The notes: generated by a model from the sequence alone, not told the origin. Counted from the first letter of the stretch, positions 1-9,254 are shown. The stretch: DNA of 64,000 nucleotides from Chloroflexota bacterium (GCA_963662335.2 CAXXVD010000001.1:256001-320000); one strand, 5' to 3'. A program made the numbers and translations.

Positions 1-1191
1 GATGCGGCCCCACCACTTGTCGTGCTTGCGGCCTTCCACCAGCACGTCCAGTGTGCGGCCCCGCAGCCGCGCGTTCTTGGCGCTTACGATGCGTTCCTGC
101 AAGGCTTCCACCGCCAGCAGTCGCCGGTGCTTCTCGGCGCGCGGCACGTCGTCGGCCATCTCCTCCCCGGCTTTCGTGCCCGGCCGCGGCGAGTACATCG
201 CGGTGTGCACCACGTCCAGTTCAAGTTGCCCCAGCATCGCCAGCGTATTCTCAAACTGCGCTTCGGATTCGCCGGGAAAACCCACGATGACGTCCGTGGC
301 AATCGAGGCGTGGGGAATATACCCACGAATGCGCGCCACCAAGTCCACGTAGCGGCGGGCGGGATAGCCGCGCTTCATGCGCCGCAATACCAGGTCGTCG
401 CCGCTCTGCACGGCAATGTTGAAGTGCTCGCAAACGTTGGGCAGGCTGCCCACCGCCTCGATGATGCGGTCGGACATGAAGAGCGGGTGCGAGGTGAGAA
501 AGCGGATGCGTTCCAGCCCCGGCACGCCGCTGCACGCCGTGAGCAGGTCCGCCAGGTCCGGCCGGCCTTCCAGGTCGCGGCCGTAGTCGTCCACGGTCTG
601 CCCCAGCAGGGTCACTTCCCGCGTGCCGTGGCGCGTCAACCAGCGCAACTCGCGCACCACCTCGGCAATCGGACGGCTGCGCTCCGGCCCCCGCCGGATC
701 GGCACGATGCAGAAGGCGCAGCGCATGTTGCAGCCGTAGATTACCGGCACCCAGCGGCACGGCCCGCCGTTCGCCAACGGCGAACCCTCCAGGCAGCCCT
801 CGTCCAACATGCCCCGGTTGCCGGCCTTTTGCTGGGCAAACTCCAGAATCGGTTCGTACTCCACCGGCTTGGTGAAGACGTCCACCTGCGGCAGGCGCGC
901 CTGCAAGCGCTCCAGGCTGTCGTCGCCCACCATGCAGCCCATCATGGCAATGCCGAGATCGGGATTCTTCTTCTTCATACCCGAGAGCCAGCCAAGCTGC
1001 CCCAGCGCCCGGTCCTCGGCGTTCTGGCGCACGGCGCAGGTGTTCACCACCACCAGATCGGCCTGCGCCGGCTCGTCGGCCCAGGCGTAGCCCAGCGCCT
1101 CCAACGAGCCGCCCAGCCGCTCGGAATCGGCCTTGTTCATCTGGCAGCCGTACGTGATCAGGTGGTAGCGCAAGTCCGTGCCGTTGGGCAC
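1..1191 (-). CDS. miaB: tRNA-2-methylthio-N6-dimethylallyladenosine synthase MiaB (3' end runs off window)
   Basis: Translated by hand on the minus strand (absent from the ORF track): GTG at 1191 after an AAGGA RBS; UPF0004 motifs YHLITYGCQMNKADSE and VVNTCAVRQNAE; radical-SAM motif YGCNMRCAFC. Confidence 0.93.
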   Translation of the reverse strand, partial: MPNGTDLRYHLITYGCQMNKADSERLGGSLEALGYAWADEPAQADLVVVNTCAVRQNAEDRALGQLGWLSGMKKKNPDLGIAMMGCMVGDDSLERLQARLPQVDVFTKPVEYEPILEFAQQKAGNRGMLDEGCLEGSPLANGGPCRWVPVIYGCNMRCAFCIVPIRRGPERSRPIAEVVRELRWLTRHGTREVTLLGQTVDDYGRDLEGRPDLADLLTACSGVPGLERIRFLTSHPLFMSDRIIEAVGSLPNVCEHFNIAVQSGDDLVLRRMKRGYPARRYVDLVARIRGYIPHASIATDVIVGFPGESEAQFENTLAMLGQLELDVVHTAMYSPRPGTKAGEEMADDVPRAEKHRRLLAVEALQERIVSAKNARLRGRTLDVLVEGRKHDKWWGRI

Positions 1192-1334
1192 CGCGAGGAT
1201 CCTTTTCCCTATATTCTAGGGTGATGAAACCGTCCCAAACGTCCGCCCTCCATTGTAGCAAGCGGCGGCAGCGGCGTGAAGAAGCCGCAGACAACCCCCT
1301 CCTGCCTGAGGTGTGGTTGACAGGGATTCGGAAA

Positions 1335-1428
1335 TGTCATTCCGAGCGCAGCGAGGAATCTAAAGCTGATGGCATACAGAGGCAGTGCCCTAGATTCCTC
1401 ACTCCGCTGCGCTCCGCTCGGAATGACA
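1335..1428. repeat. REP/MITE-like inverted repeat, TGTCATTCCGAGCG...GGAATCT family
   Basis: Left arm tgtcattccgagcgcagcgaggaatcta, right arm tagattcctc...ctcggaatgaca; other copies at 46000-46125, 47335-47362 (half), 49567-49691 and 54078-54228. Confidence 0.9.
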
Positions 1429-1572
1429 CGTTCAGTCGAACATAGAGTGCCCACCTCTGTCGTCAAGGTAAGGGAACTCATGTATTGCCCGGCTTCTCAC
1501 CGCAGGTTCGTTTCGGTTACACAAGTGTCTCCAAGAGAGAGGCAATTGGCTTCGCCAACGATTCGTCTCGTC

Positions 1573-2337
1573 CTACCGCGCCAGCCAGCCGCCGTCGATG
1601 GGCACGATCGACCCGTGCATGAAGTTGGACTCATCCGAAGCCAGATAGACCGCCAGTTTGCCGATGTCCGCCGCCGTTCCCCAGCGGCCGGCGGGCGTGC
1701 GCAGCCGGATTTCGGGCGCGCGCGCGGGATTCTGTTGTAGCGCCTCGGTCAAATCCGTGTCGATGTAGCCGGGCGCAATCGCGTTCACGTTGACCCCGTG
1801 CGGGGCCCAATCGGTCGCCAAGGCCCGCGTGATGCCGGCTACCCCGTGCTTGCTTGCCACGTACGGCGCGATCTGCACGCCGCCCTGGTACGACATGAGC
1901 GAGGCGATGTTGATGATCTTGCCCCGGCCTTGCGGCACGAAGTAGCGGCCCGCCGCCTGGCAGAGGAAGAAGACGGCGTTGAAATTCACCTGCAAAACCG
2001 TGTTCCAATCTTCTTCAGTCAGTTCCAACGCCGGCTTGCGGCACGTGACGCCGGCGTTGTTCACCAGGATGTCGAGCCTGCTGAAGTGCGCTGCCGTTTG
2101 GCCCACGAGCGCATTGAGGTCGGATACCGTAGCCGTCGCCAGGTCGGCTTGCAGCGAGAGATAGCGCCGCCCCGCTGCCTCTACCTGGGCCTGCGTCTCG
2201 GTGGACGCCGAACGCGACACGCCGGCCACGTCCGCGCCGGCCTCCGCCAGCGCCCGCGCAATGCCCTGTCCGATGCCCCGGCTCGCGCCCGTAACCAGTG
2301 CGACCTTGTTCGTTAGGCAAAATGCTGGCGCGGTCAT
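1573..2337 (-). CDS. kduD: SDR oxidoreductase, KduD-like (2-dehydro-3-deoxy-D-gluconate 5-dehydrogenase family)
   Basis: TGASRGIG Rossmann motif, NNAG, YVASK catalytic motif, KIINIASLMSYQGG and C-terminal IDGGWLAR typical of KduD; exact substrate uncertain. Confidence 0.75.
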   Translation of the reverse strand: MTAPAFCLTNKVALVTGASRGIGQGIARALAEAGADVAGVSRSASTETQAQVEAAGRRYLSLQADLATATVSDLNALVGQTAAHFSRLDILVNNAGVTCRKPALELTEEDWNTVLQVNFNAVFFLCQAAGRYFVPQGRGKIINIASLMSYQGGVQIAPYVASKHGVAGITRALATDWAPHGVNVNAIAPGYIDTDLTEALQQNPARAPEIRLRTPAGRWGTAADIGKLAVYLASDESNFMHGSIVPIDGGWLAR

Positions 2338-2469
2338 AGCAGAACTCTCCTTGTATCGGGCCTGTAGTCTCCGCTTGCATTGGTAAGCGCGGCCGCCGTG
2401 TTGTTGATGATTCGTCGCATTGAAGAGAATACCCTACGCGGCCCGGCGCTTCCCGCGCGCGCTCTTGCC

Positions 2470-2499
2470 TTGACGCGCGGCGCGAGTCCGTGACAGAAT
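2470..2499 (+). promoter_or_regulatory. Putative sigma70-type promoter for ileS
   Basis: TTGACG (2470-2475), 18-nt spacer, TG-n-CAGAAT extended -10 (2491-2499). Confidence 0.35.
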
Positions 2500-2695
2500 G
2501 CCATCTGTGAGAGTAGCTTGCGCGGGCCCTGCCTTGCGCCGCCGGCGCTGCTCTCCGGCTACGCGCATTCGCCCGCGCGCGGCTTTTTTCAATGCAACGT
2601 GACCCAAAGACACCTTCCGCGCCGCAATGGCCATGGGCTGGCGGTGACGGCATTACATAGTTCTACCGACTAGAAAGACGCTAACGAGGAGGCGC

Positions 2696-5600
2696 TTGGT
2701 GGCCGGGTTCAAGGATGTCAGCAGCAACCTCGACTTTCCCAGTATGGAGCATCGGATCCTAAAGTTTTGGGAGGATACCGATGCCTTCAAAAAGCTCGTA
2801 GAGAAGAACCGCGACAATCCGCGCTGGTCTTTCATCGACGGCCCCATTACCGCCAACAACCCCATGGGCGTCCACCACGCCTGGGGGCGCACCTACAAGG
2901 ACGTGTACCAGCGCTTTAAGGCCATGCAAGGCTACGCGCAGCGCTACCAGAACGGCTTCGATTGCCAGGGCCTGTGGCTGGAGGTCGAGGTGGAGCGCGA
3001 CCTCGGTTTCGACTCCAAGCACGAAATCGAGGAATTCGGCCTGGACAACTTCTCCCGCGAGTGCCGCAAGCGCGTCGAGCATTTTTCCACGGTGCAGACG
3101 AACCAGTCCATCCGCCTCGGCCAGTGGATGGATTGGGACAACTCGTACTACACCATGGACGATACCAACATCGAGCACATTTGGCACTTCTTGAAGCGCT
3201 GCCACGAGAAGGGCTGGCTCTACAAGGGCTGGCGCTCCATGCCGTGGTGCATCCGCTGCGGCACCAGCCTCTCGCAACACGAACTGGTCGGCACCGACAC
3301 GTACCGCGAGGTCACGCACCCCAGTATCACGCTGCGGCTGCCCGTGAAAGGCCGCGCCAACGAGTATTTCCTGGTGTGGACGACCACGCCGTGGACGCTG
3401 GCGGCCAATACCGCGCTGGCGGTGCATCCCGACCTGACCTACGTGGCTGCTGAAGCCGATGGGAACACCTATTACCTATCCAAAGGCACGTTCGAGAGCG
3501 TGGGACGCGGCAAACTCACCGCCGTCCGCGAGTTCGCCGGCGCGGAGCTTGTTGGTTTGGAGTACGTTGGCCCCTGGCATGAACTGCCGGCGCAGCAGGG
3601 CTTTCCCACCACCGTCGTCGGCTGGGACAGCGTGGGCGAGGAAGAAGGCACCGGCATCGTGCACATCGCGCCCGGCTGCGGCGCGGAAGACTACGAACTC
3701 TCGCAGGAGCACGGCCTCCACGTCATCGTGCCCATCGACGGCGACGGCAATTACGGCGACGGCTTCGGCGCGCTCTCGGGCACGAACATCACCGAGACCA
3801 ACGAGCCGATCTTCGCCGCGCTGGAAGAAGCCTGTCTGGTCTATCGCATCGAGGATTACACCCACCGCTATCCCGTCTGCTGGCGCTGCGGCGAAGAGGT
3901 GGCTTTCCGCTTGGTTGACGAGTGGTTCATCTCCGCCGACGAAATCCGGGAACGGATGCTGGCGGAGAACCAGACCGTCGCGTGGGCGCCCGAGTACGGC
4001 CGCAAGCGCATGGACGATTGGCTCAACAACATGGGCGACTGGTGCATCTCCCGCAAGCGCTTCTGGGGCCTGCCGCTGCCGTTCTACCACTGCGCGGACT
4101 GCGATCACGTCACCATCGTCGGCACCGTGGCCGAGCTAGCAAAGCGCGCCGTAGATCCCGCCAAGGTGCGCGCCCTGCCGGAACTGCATCGTCCCTGGAT
4201 CGACGAGGTCACCATCCGCTGCGAGCAGTGCCAAAGCGAGACGCCGCGCATCCCGGAGGTCGGCGACTGCTGGCTGGACGCCGGCATCGTGCCGTTCTCC
4301 ACGCTCGGCTACCTGGAGGGCAGCAACGCGTGGGGCAAGTGGTACCCGGCCGACTGGGTGAGCGAAATGCGCGAGCAAATCCGCCTCTGGTTCTACGCCC
4401 TCGCCTTCATGAGCGTCACCCTGGAGGACGTGCGCCCCTACCGCAGCGTGCTCATCTACGAAAAGGTCAACGACGAGCACGGCAAGCCGATGCACAAGAG
4501 CCACGGCAACGCCATCTGGTTCGACGACGCCGTGGAGAAGATGGGCGCGGACGTAATGCGCTGGCTCTACTGCGAGAGCAACACGCAACAGAATCTCAAC
4601 TTCGGCTACGGCGTCGCCAACGACGTCAAGCGCCGGCTCCTGCTCTTCTGGAACGTCTACAATTTCTTCGTCACCTACGCCCGGCTGGAGGAATTCGATC
4701 CCACCAAAGTTTCCGTGCCGCTGGAAGTGCGGTCGCTGCTGGACCGCTGGCTCACCGCGCTGCTCCACAAGCTGGTGCGGGACGTGACCGCCGACCTGGA
4801 ACGCTTCGACGCCTATAGCGTCTCGCGGCGGATCAATGACTTCATCGAGCAGTTGTCCACGTGGTACGTGCGCCGGGGCCGCCGCCGCTACTGGAAGTCC
4901 GGCCAAGACCGGGACACGCTCTCCGCGTATGTCACCCTTTATGAGGCGCTTACCACGCTTACGCGCCTCATTGCGCCCATCATGCCGTTCCTCAGCGAAG
5001 AGGTCTACCAAAACCTGGTGCGCGCAGTGGACGGCGGCGCGCCGGAGAGCGTCCACCACACCGAGTGGCCGCGCTACAATGCGGCCCTCATCGACGAAGA
5101 CCTGCTGGCGCACATGGAATTGGCGCAGCGCGTGGTCAGCCTGGGCCGCGCCGCCCGCAGTTCCAGCAAGATCAAGGTGCGCCAACCGCTGCCGGAGATG
5201 CTGGCGCACGTCAAGTCCGCCGGCGAGCAAGCCGGTTTGGAGCGCCTACAGGAGCACATTCTCAACGAACTCAACGTCAAGGCGCTGCGCTTCGTCGGGC
5301 CGGAAGAGGAGTTGGTTACCTACGAACTCAAGCCGCGCTTCAACCTGCTCGGCCCCAAGTACGGCCGCCAGGTCAAGGCAATCGCGGCGGCGTTGCGGCA
5401 GAGCGACGCCCAGGCCGGCGCGCGGCTGGCTGCGCAGGGCGAGTCAATCGCAGTGCAGGTGGACGGGCAGACGGTCGCACTTCTGCCGGAGGAAGTGGAC
5501 GTGCAAGCGCGGGAGCGCGCCGACTACAGCGTGGCGACCGAAGAAGGCTACCTGGTGGCGCTCCACACCGAGATTAGCCCCGCGTTGGAGTTGGAAGGCA

Positions 5601-5869
5601 TGGCCCGCGAGTTGATCCACCACGTGCAGAACCTCCGCCGCGCGGCAGATTTCTCTCTCTCCGACCGCATCGTAACGTACGTAACGGTTGCCGACGGCGC
5701 TGACGGCCGCGCGAGCCTGGCGGAGATGCTGGGCGCACACAGCGCCGCGGTCGCGCAGGAGACGCTCTCCCTGCGCGTGGAACCGGCCGTCGCGCCGGAC
5801 GAAGCCCACCAGGAAGTCGTCGATCTCAACGGTGTTGCGGTGGCGCTGGGCGTGGCGCGCGCTTCATGA
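2696..5869 (+). CDS. ileS: Isoleucyl-tRNA synthetase, type 2
   Basis: DGPITANNPMGVHH (HIGH equivalent), WTTTPWTL, GTGIVHIAP, DWCISRKRFWG, PMHKS (KMSKS equivalent), type-2 C-terminal EGMARELIHHVQNLRR; GAGGAGG RBS suggests the start may be the GTG at 2699. Confidence 0.96.
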   Translation: MVAGFKDVSSNLDFPSMEHRILKFWEDTDAFKKLVEKNRDNPRWSFIDGPITANNPMGVHHAWGRTYKDVYQRFKAMQGYAQRYQNGFDCQGLWLEVEVERDLGFDSKHEIEEFGLDNFSRECRKRVEHFSTVQTNQSIRLGQWMDWDNSYYTMDDTNIEHIWHFLKRCHEKGWLYKGWRSMPWCIRCGTSLSQHELVGTDTYREVTHPSITLRLPVKGRANEYFLVWTTTPWTLAANTALAVHPDLTYVAAEADGNTYYLSKGTFESVGRGKLTAVREFAGAELVGLEYVGPWHELPAQQGFPTTVVGWDSVGEEEGTGIVHIAPGCGAEDYELSQEHGLHVIVPIDGDGNYGDGFGALSGTNITETNEPIFAALEEACLVYRIEDYTHRYPVCWRCGEEVAFRLVDEWFISADEIRERMLAENQTVAWAPEYGRKRMDDWLNNMGDWCISRKRFWGLPLPFYHCADCDHVTIVGTVAELAKRAVDPAKVRALPELHRPWIDEVTIRCEQCQSETPRIPEVGDCWLDAGIVPFSTLGYLEGSNAWGKWYPADWVSEMREQIRLWFYALAFMSVTLEDVRPYRSVLIYEKVNDEHGKPMHKSHGNAIWFDDAVEKMGADVMRWLYCESNTQQNLNFGYGVANDVKRRLLLFWNVYNFFVTYARLEEFDPTKVSVPLEVRSLLDRWLTALLHKLVRDVTADLERFDAYSVSRRINDFIEQLSTWYVRRGRRRYWKSGQDRDTLSAYVTLYEALTTLTRLIAPIMPFLSEEVYQNLVRAVDGGAPESVHHTEWPRYNAALIDEDLLAHMELAQRVVSLGRAARSSSKIKVRQPLPEMLAHVKSAGEQAGLERLQEHILNELNVKALRFVGPEEELVTYELKPRFNLLGPKYGRQVKAIAAALRQSDAQAGARLAAQGESIAVQVDGQTVALLPEEVDVQARERADYSVATEEGYLVALHTEISPALELEGMARELIHHVQNLRRAADFSLSDRIVTYVTVADGADGRASLAEMLGAHSAAVAQETLSLRVEPAVAPDEAHQEVVDLNGVAVALGVARAS

Positions 5870-6028
5870 ACGGCGTAAAGCCGTGCGGCAAGAGTTGGCG
5901 GGTGTCGGGGCCACTCAGCGAGGCTTTGGCGCAGCCCGCACGCGCGGCTACCGCACGCGCAACGTGCTGAAAGCAAGAGGTGGCGCGCGCGAATCGTGCG
6001 CCCAAGATTACTTCGCAGCGAAAGGAGT

Positions 6029-6499
6029 ATGACCGTGCCTGAGAGTCAGAAAACCCTCCCCCGCGTTTTCAAGTGGTTCGGTGAAGGGAAAGTCGCCTCC
6101 TCCGGTTTCCCTGAAACCGAGGAGCAGTTGTGCGCGGTGGCGGAACAGGGCATCAAGCACATCGTTGCCGCCTCCCGCAAGACGCCGGATACCGAGACCA
6201 TCGAACGCCTCGGCATGACGGTCGACCGCTTCAGTGGCGTCAGCAGCGACGTGGCAACCCTGGACGCCGCCGTGGAGTCGCTCCACGCGGCCGCCCTGCG
6301 CGACGAGAAAGCCCTCGTCCACTGAGGCTCCGGTTTCGGCGGGGCCGGTACGGTCCTGGCAGGATACTTGGTGAAGCACGAAGGTTTTTCCCCGGCGGAC
6401 GCGGTGCAGGCGCTGCGCGATTTTCGCCCCGGCGACTTGAAAGGCGGTGAGGTGGACGCGCTCATTGCCGAGTATGCGGAGAGCCTCACGTCTGGGTGA
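6029..6499 (+). CDS. PTP/dual-specificity-phosphatase-fold protein with in-frame UGA (6323-6325) at the catalytic Cys position; candidate selenoprotein
   Basis: N-half WFGEGKVASSGFPET...QGIKHIV...KALVH then TGA; the same frame continues GSGFGGAGTVLAGYLVKHEGFSPADAVQALRDFRPGDLKGGEVDALIAEYAESLTSG to TGA at 6497-6499, matching the DSP C-terminal helices. Start is ATG 6029 or GTG 6035 (better spacing from AAGGAG). Confidence 0.75.
6341..6357 (+). promoter_or_regulatory. Candidate bacterial SECIS hairpin
   Basis: GGGGCCG-GUA-CGGUCCU: 7-bp stem (2 G-U pairs), apical loop starting with G 23 nt downstream of the UGA; folded by eye. Confidence 0.55.
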
Positions 6500-6521
6500 C
6501 ATGGCGCTAACTTTGAGTGAG

Positions 6522-6566
6522 AGAAGCCCGCTACGTTTGCCGTAGCGGGCTTCTATTTCTTCGTTT
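6522..6566 (+). terminator. Rho-independent terminator (possibly bidirectional)
   Basis: Perfect 14-bp stem agaagcccgctacg/cgtagcgggcttct with a 5-nt loop, then a T-rich tail; 22 nt after the read-through stop at 6499. Confidence 0.8.
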
Positions 6567-6619
6567 GTACTGCCCTATCGCGGGGAAAAGCGTTTGGCCC
6601 GGCATTCATCTGTGCCGGA

Positions 6620-6835
6620 CTATTCGCCCTTAGTTGGCGTATTGGCGTCCGGCCCCCTGGCGCTGGCAAAGTAGCCTTCCAACAAACCTTCGATGCGGGC
6701 TAGCCGCTGCTCAATGTTAGAAACGCGACTCTCAAGACTAGACATTCTTCCATCCAGGCTGCGGATTTGCAGCATGAGAAACCCGCCGACCGCAACGCCT
6801 GTGACAACAATGGTTGCAGCAGATTCCCAGTTCAT
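6620..6835 (-). CDS. Small single-TM coiled-coil protein
   Basis: 71 aa: N-terminal hydrophobic helix, then heptad LDGRMSSLESRVSNIEQRLARIEGLL; AAAGGAGAGG RBS upstream. Confidence 0.7.
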   Translation of the reverse strand: MNWESAATIVVTGVAVGGFLMLQIRSLDGRMSSLESRVSNIEQRLARIEGLLEGYFASARGPDANTPTKGE

Positions 6836-7040
6836 AGTCCTCTCCTTTGCTAGTTCACTTCAATATATCAAACAATGCGCGAGGGAGCAAACCTAGTTTC
6901 AGGGAAGCCCCATTTGGTAGGCCAATGCGCAATTGGCTTTACACCCAAAGATGGAACGATGCAAAAACCGTGACCGACGTTCTGCGTCGGCTCGCCAACT
7001 TGCCGGGCGGCCATAACCCAGAGAGACAATCTACGCTCCG

Positions 7041-8393
7041 CTAGCCCGTTGGCAAATCAGGATTCGGTTCCGGTCGCACGTGCTGCGCCAGAAACGCCGT
7101 CAACTCCCCAATCGGCACCCGTTCCTGCTCCATGCTGTCCCGGTGGCGCACGGTCACCGTGTGGTCGTCTTTGGTGTCGAAGTCCACCGTAATGCCGAAC
7201 GGCGTGCCCACCTCGTCCTGCCGCCGGTAGCGGCGGCCGATGCTGCCGCTCTCGTCGTAGAAGACGTCCCAGTGCAGTTGCAGTTCCGCCACGATCTCTT
7301 TGGCAATGTCGGGCAGGCCGCCCTTCTTCACCAGCGGCAGAATCGCCGCCTTGATCGGCGCGAGAAACGGATGGAAGCGCAGCACCACCCGGGTATCGCC
7401 TTTGGCGTCCTCGTCCTGGTCGTAAGCGTCCAGCAGAAACGTTAGCAGCGCCCGGTCGGCCCCGGCGGCCGGCTCGATCACGTAGGGCGAGATGTGCTCC
7501 TTCTTCTGCTCATCGTAGAAGGTCAATTCCTGGCCGGTAGCCTCACCATGGTTGCGCAGGTCGTAGTCGGTGCGGTTCGAGACGCCTTCCAACTCGCCCC
7601 AGCCAAAGGGAAAGTGATACTCGATGTCCCAGCAGTACTTGGCGTAGAACGCCAGTTCGTCGTCCCCATGCTGCCGTAACCGCAGGTTCTCTTCCTTGAC
7701 GCCGTACGCCGCGTACCACTGCCGCCGCGCCTCCAGCCAGTAGGCGTGCCAGCGGTCGTCCGTGCCCGGCTCGCAGAAGAATTCCAGTTCCATCTGCTCG
7801 AACTCCCGCTGGCGGAAGATGAAGTTGCCCGTCGTAATCTCATTGCGGTACGACTTGCCGATCTGCGCGATGCCAAAGGGCAGGCGCAGCCGCGACGACG
7901 TGAGCACGTTCTTGAAGTTCACGAACATGCCCTGCGCGGTTTCGGGCCGCAGATAGGCCACGGCAGAGTCATCCTCCACCGGCCCCACGAACGTTTTGAA
8001 CATAGTCAGGAAGCGGCGCGGCGCGGTGAATTCCCCGCCGCAATTGGGGCAGTCCTCGCCTTCCAGATGGTCCACGCGAAAGCGCTGGTGGCAACTCGTG
8101 CAATCAACCAGGGTATCGGCAAAGTGGGAAGCGTGGCCGGTGGTCTGCCACACGCTGGGATTCATGACCACGCCGGTCTCAATGCCCACCACGTTCTCGC
8201 GCGTGCGCACGGTATTGTGCCACCAGGCCTCGCGCACGTTGCGTTTCAAGGCAATGCCCAGCGGCCCGTAGTCCCAAAAGCTCTCGAAACCGCCGTAGAT
8301 TTCGCTGGAGGGATAGACGAACCCCCGCCGCTTGCACAGGCTGACGATCTCTTCCATAGTGTCGGTTTTCGCTGCCAACGTGATTCCCTTCAC
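7041..8393 (-). CDS. glyQS: Glycyl-tRNA synthetase, alpha2 dimeric type
   Basis: LCKRRGFVYPSSEIYGG, YLRPETAQG, YRNEIT, REFEQME, SIGRRYRRQDEVGTP; start overlaps the recO stop. Confidence 0.96.
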   Translation of the reverse strand: MKGITLAAKTDTMEEIVSLCKRRGFVYPSSEIYGGFESFWDYGPLGIALKRNVREAWWHNTVRTRENVVGIETGVVMNPSVWQTTGHASHFADTLVDCTSCHQRFRVDHLEGEDCPNCGGEFTAPRRFLTMFKTFVGPVEDDSAVAYLRPETAQGMFVNFKNVLTSSRLRLPFGIAQIGKSYRNEITTGNFIFRQREFEQMELEFFCEPGTDDRWHAYWLEARRQWYAAYGVKEENLRLRQHGDDELAFYAKYCWDIEYHFPFGWGELEGVSNRTDYDLRNHGEATGQELTFYDEQKKEHISPYVIEPAAGADRALLTFLLDAYDQDEDAKGDTRVVLRFHPFLAPIKAAILPLVKKGGLPDIAKEIVAELQLHWDVFYDESGSIGRRYRRQDEVGTPFGITVDFDTKDDHTVTVRHRDSMEQERVPIGELTAFLAQHVRPEPNPDLPTG

Positions 8394-9154
8394 GACTCTG
8401 TCTTCAACGCGCGCATACGCTCCAGAAAGGGTGTGGTCTTCAAGTCCTGTTCCGCAACGTAGCGCACGAACGCGTCCGCGGCCTGTTCCAGTTCAGTGGT
8501 TGTGGCCGGATCGGCCTGCAGGCGCTCCACGCTAGGCAGCGGCTCCCGCGCTAGCCACCGTAAGCACTTGATGGCGCGCACCCCAATGCGCAAGCCGGAA
8601 ACGCCCCCGCAGGAGGCGCACACCACCCCGCCAACATCCGGGCGCATGCGGCTGCCCTTTGCGGAAAGCGGCCCGCCGCACTGGGCGCACGCTTGGAGTT
8701 GCGCCTGGTATCCCAGGGCCGCCAATAGCTGTAGTTTATAGGCAACCAGGACCAGCGGCAAGGCGGCGCTCGCCGCCAGCGCGCCCAGCGCCTTGACGAG
8801 CAAGACGAATTCCGCGTACGCCTCCACCTCTTCCTCGACCAGGAGATGCGCGGTTTCGACCGCCTGGTAGGCGTACGGCAAGCGGTCGAGTTCGGTGCGC
8901 AGTTCCGGAAAAGTCTGCACGGTCTCCGCCTGCACCACCAGGTCCAGGCTGCGGCGGCGCACCACGAAGACCTTGGCCAACGTAAAGAGTTCCAGGTGCC
9001 CCGCCATGCGGCTCGTCGGCCGCCGCACGCCTTTCGCCACCACGTTCAGGCGTCCCCGGTCGGGCGTGAGCAGCGTCAGACGCCTATCGGCCTCATAGAA
9101 ATCCGACCGGCGCAGCACGATCGCTTCCGCAATGTAGGTGCGTTCTTTCGCCAT
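8390..9154 (-). CDS. recO: DNA repair protein RecO
   Basis: AIVLRRSDFYEADR OB-fold N-terminus, AKGVRRPTSR, Zn finger CAQC...CASC; adjacent to glyQS. Confidence 0.93.
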   Translation of the reverse strand: MAKERTYIAEAIVLRRSDFYEADRRLTLLTPDRGRLNVVAKGVRRPTSRMAGHLELFTLAKVFVVRRRSLDLVVQAETVQTFPELRTELDRLPYAYQAVETAHLLVEEEVEAYAEFVLLVKALGALAASAALPLVLVAYKLQLLAALGYQAQLQACAQCGGPLSAKGSRMRPDVGGVVCASCGGVSGLRIGVRAIKCLRWLAREPLPSVERLQADPATTTELEQAADAFVRYVAEQDLKTTPFLERMRALKTES

Positions 9155-9254
9155 GAGCGTTCAACGGGCCGGCGCGCGGGCGGTTCCCCGGCCGTCGCCC
9201 ACGCCGTCTCATGCTTTACCGGCCGCGGCCCGGCGGTGCGCGCAACCCCAGCGG

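Noticed and set aside
22-1224. 400-aa plus-strand ORF
   Set aside because: Antisense shadow of miaB, whose motifs are on the minus strand.
2340-2695. T-box riboswitch upstream of ileS
   Set aside because: No recognisable T-box (AAGGTGGTACCGCG-like) or terminator found; glyQS is coupled directly to recO, so it has no leader either.
6323-6325. Genome-wide UGA reassignment (Trp/Gly) as the explanation for the in-frame TGA
   Set aside because: TGA ends ileS, recO, the Mo large subunit and other genes at their expected C-termini, so UGA is a normal stop here.
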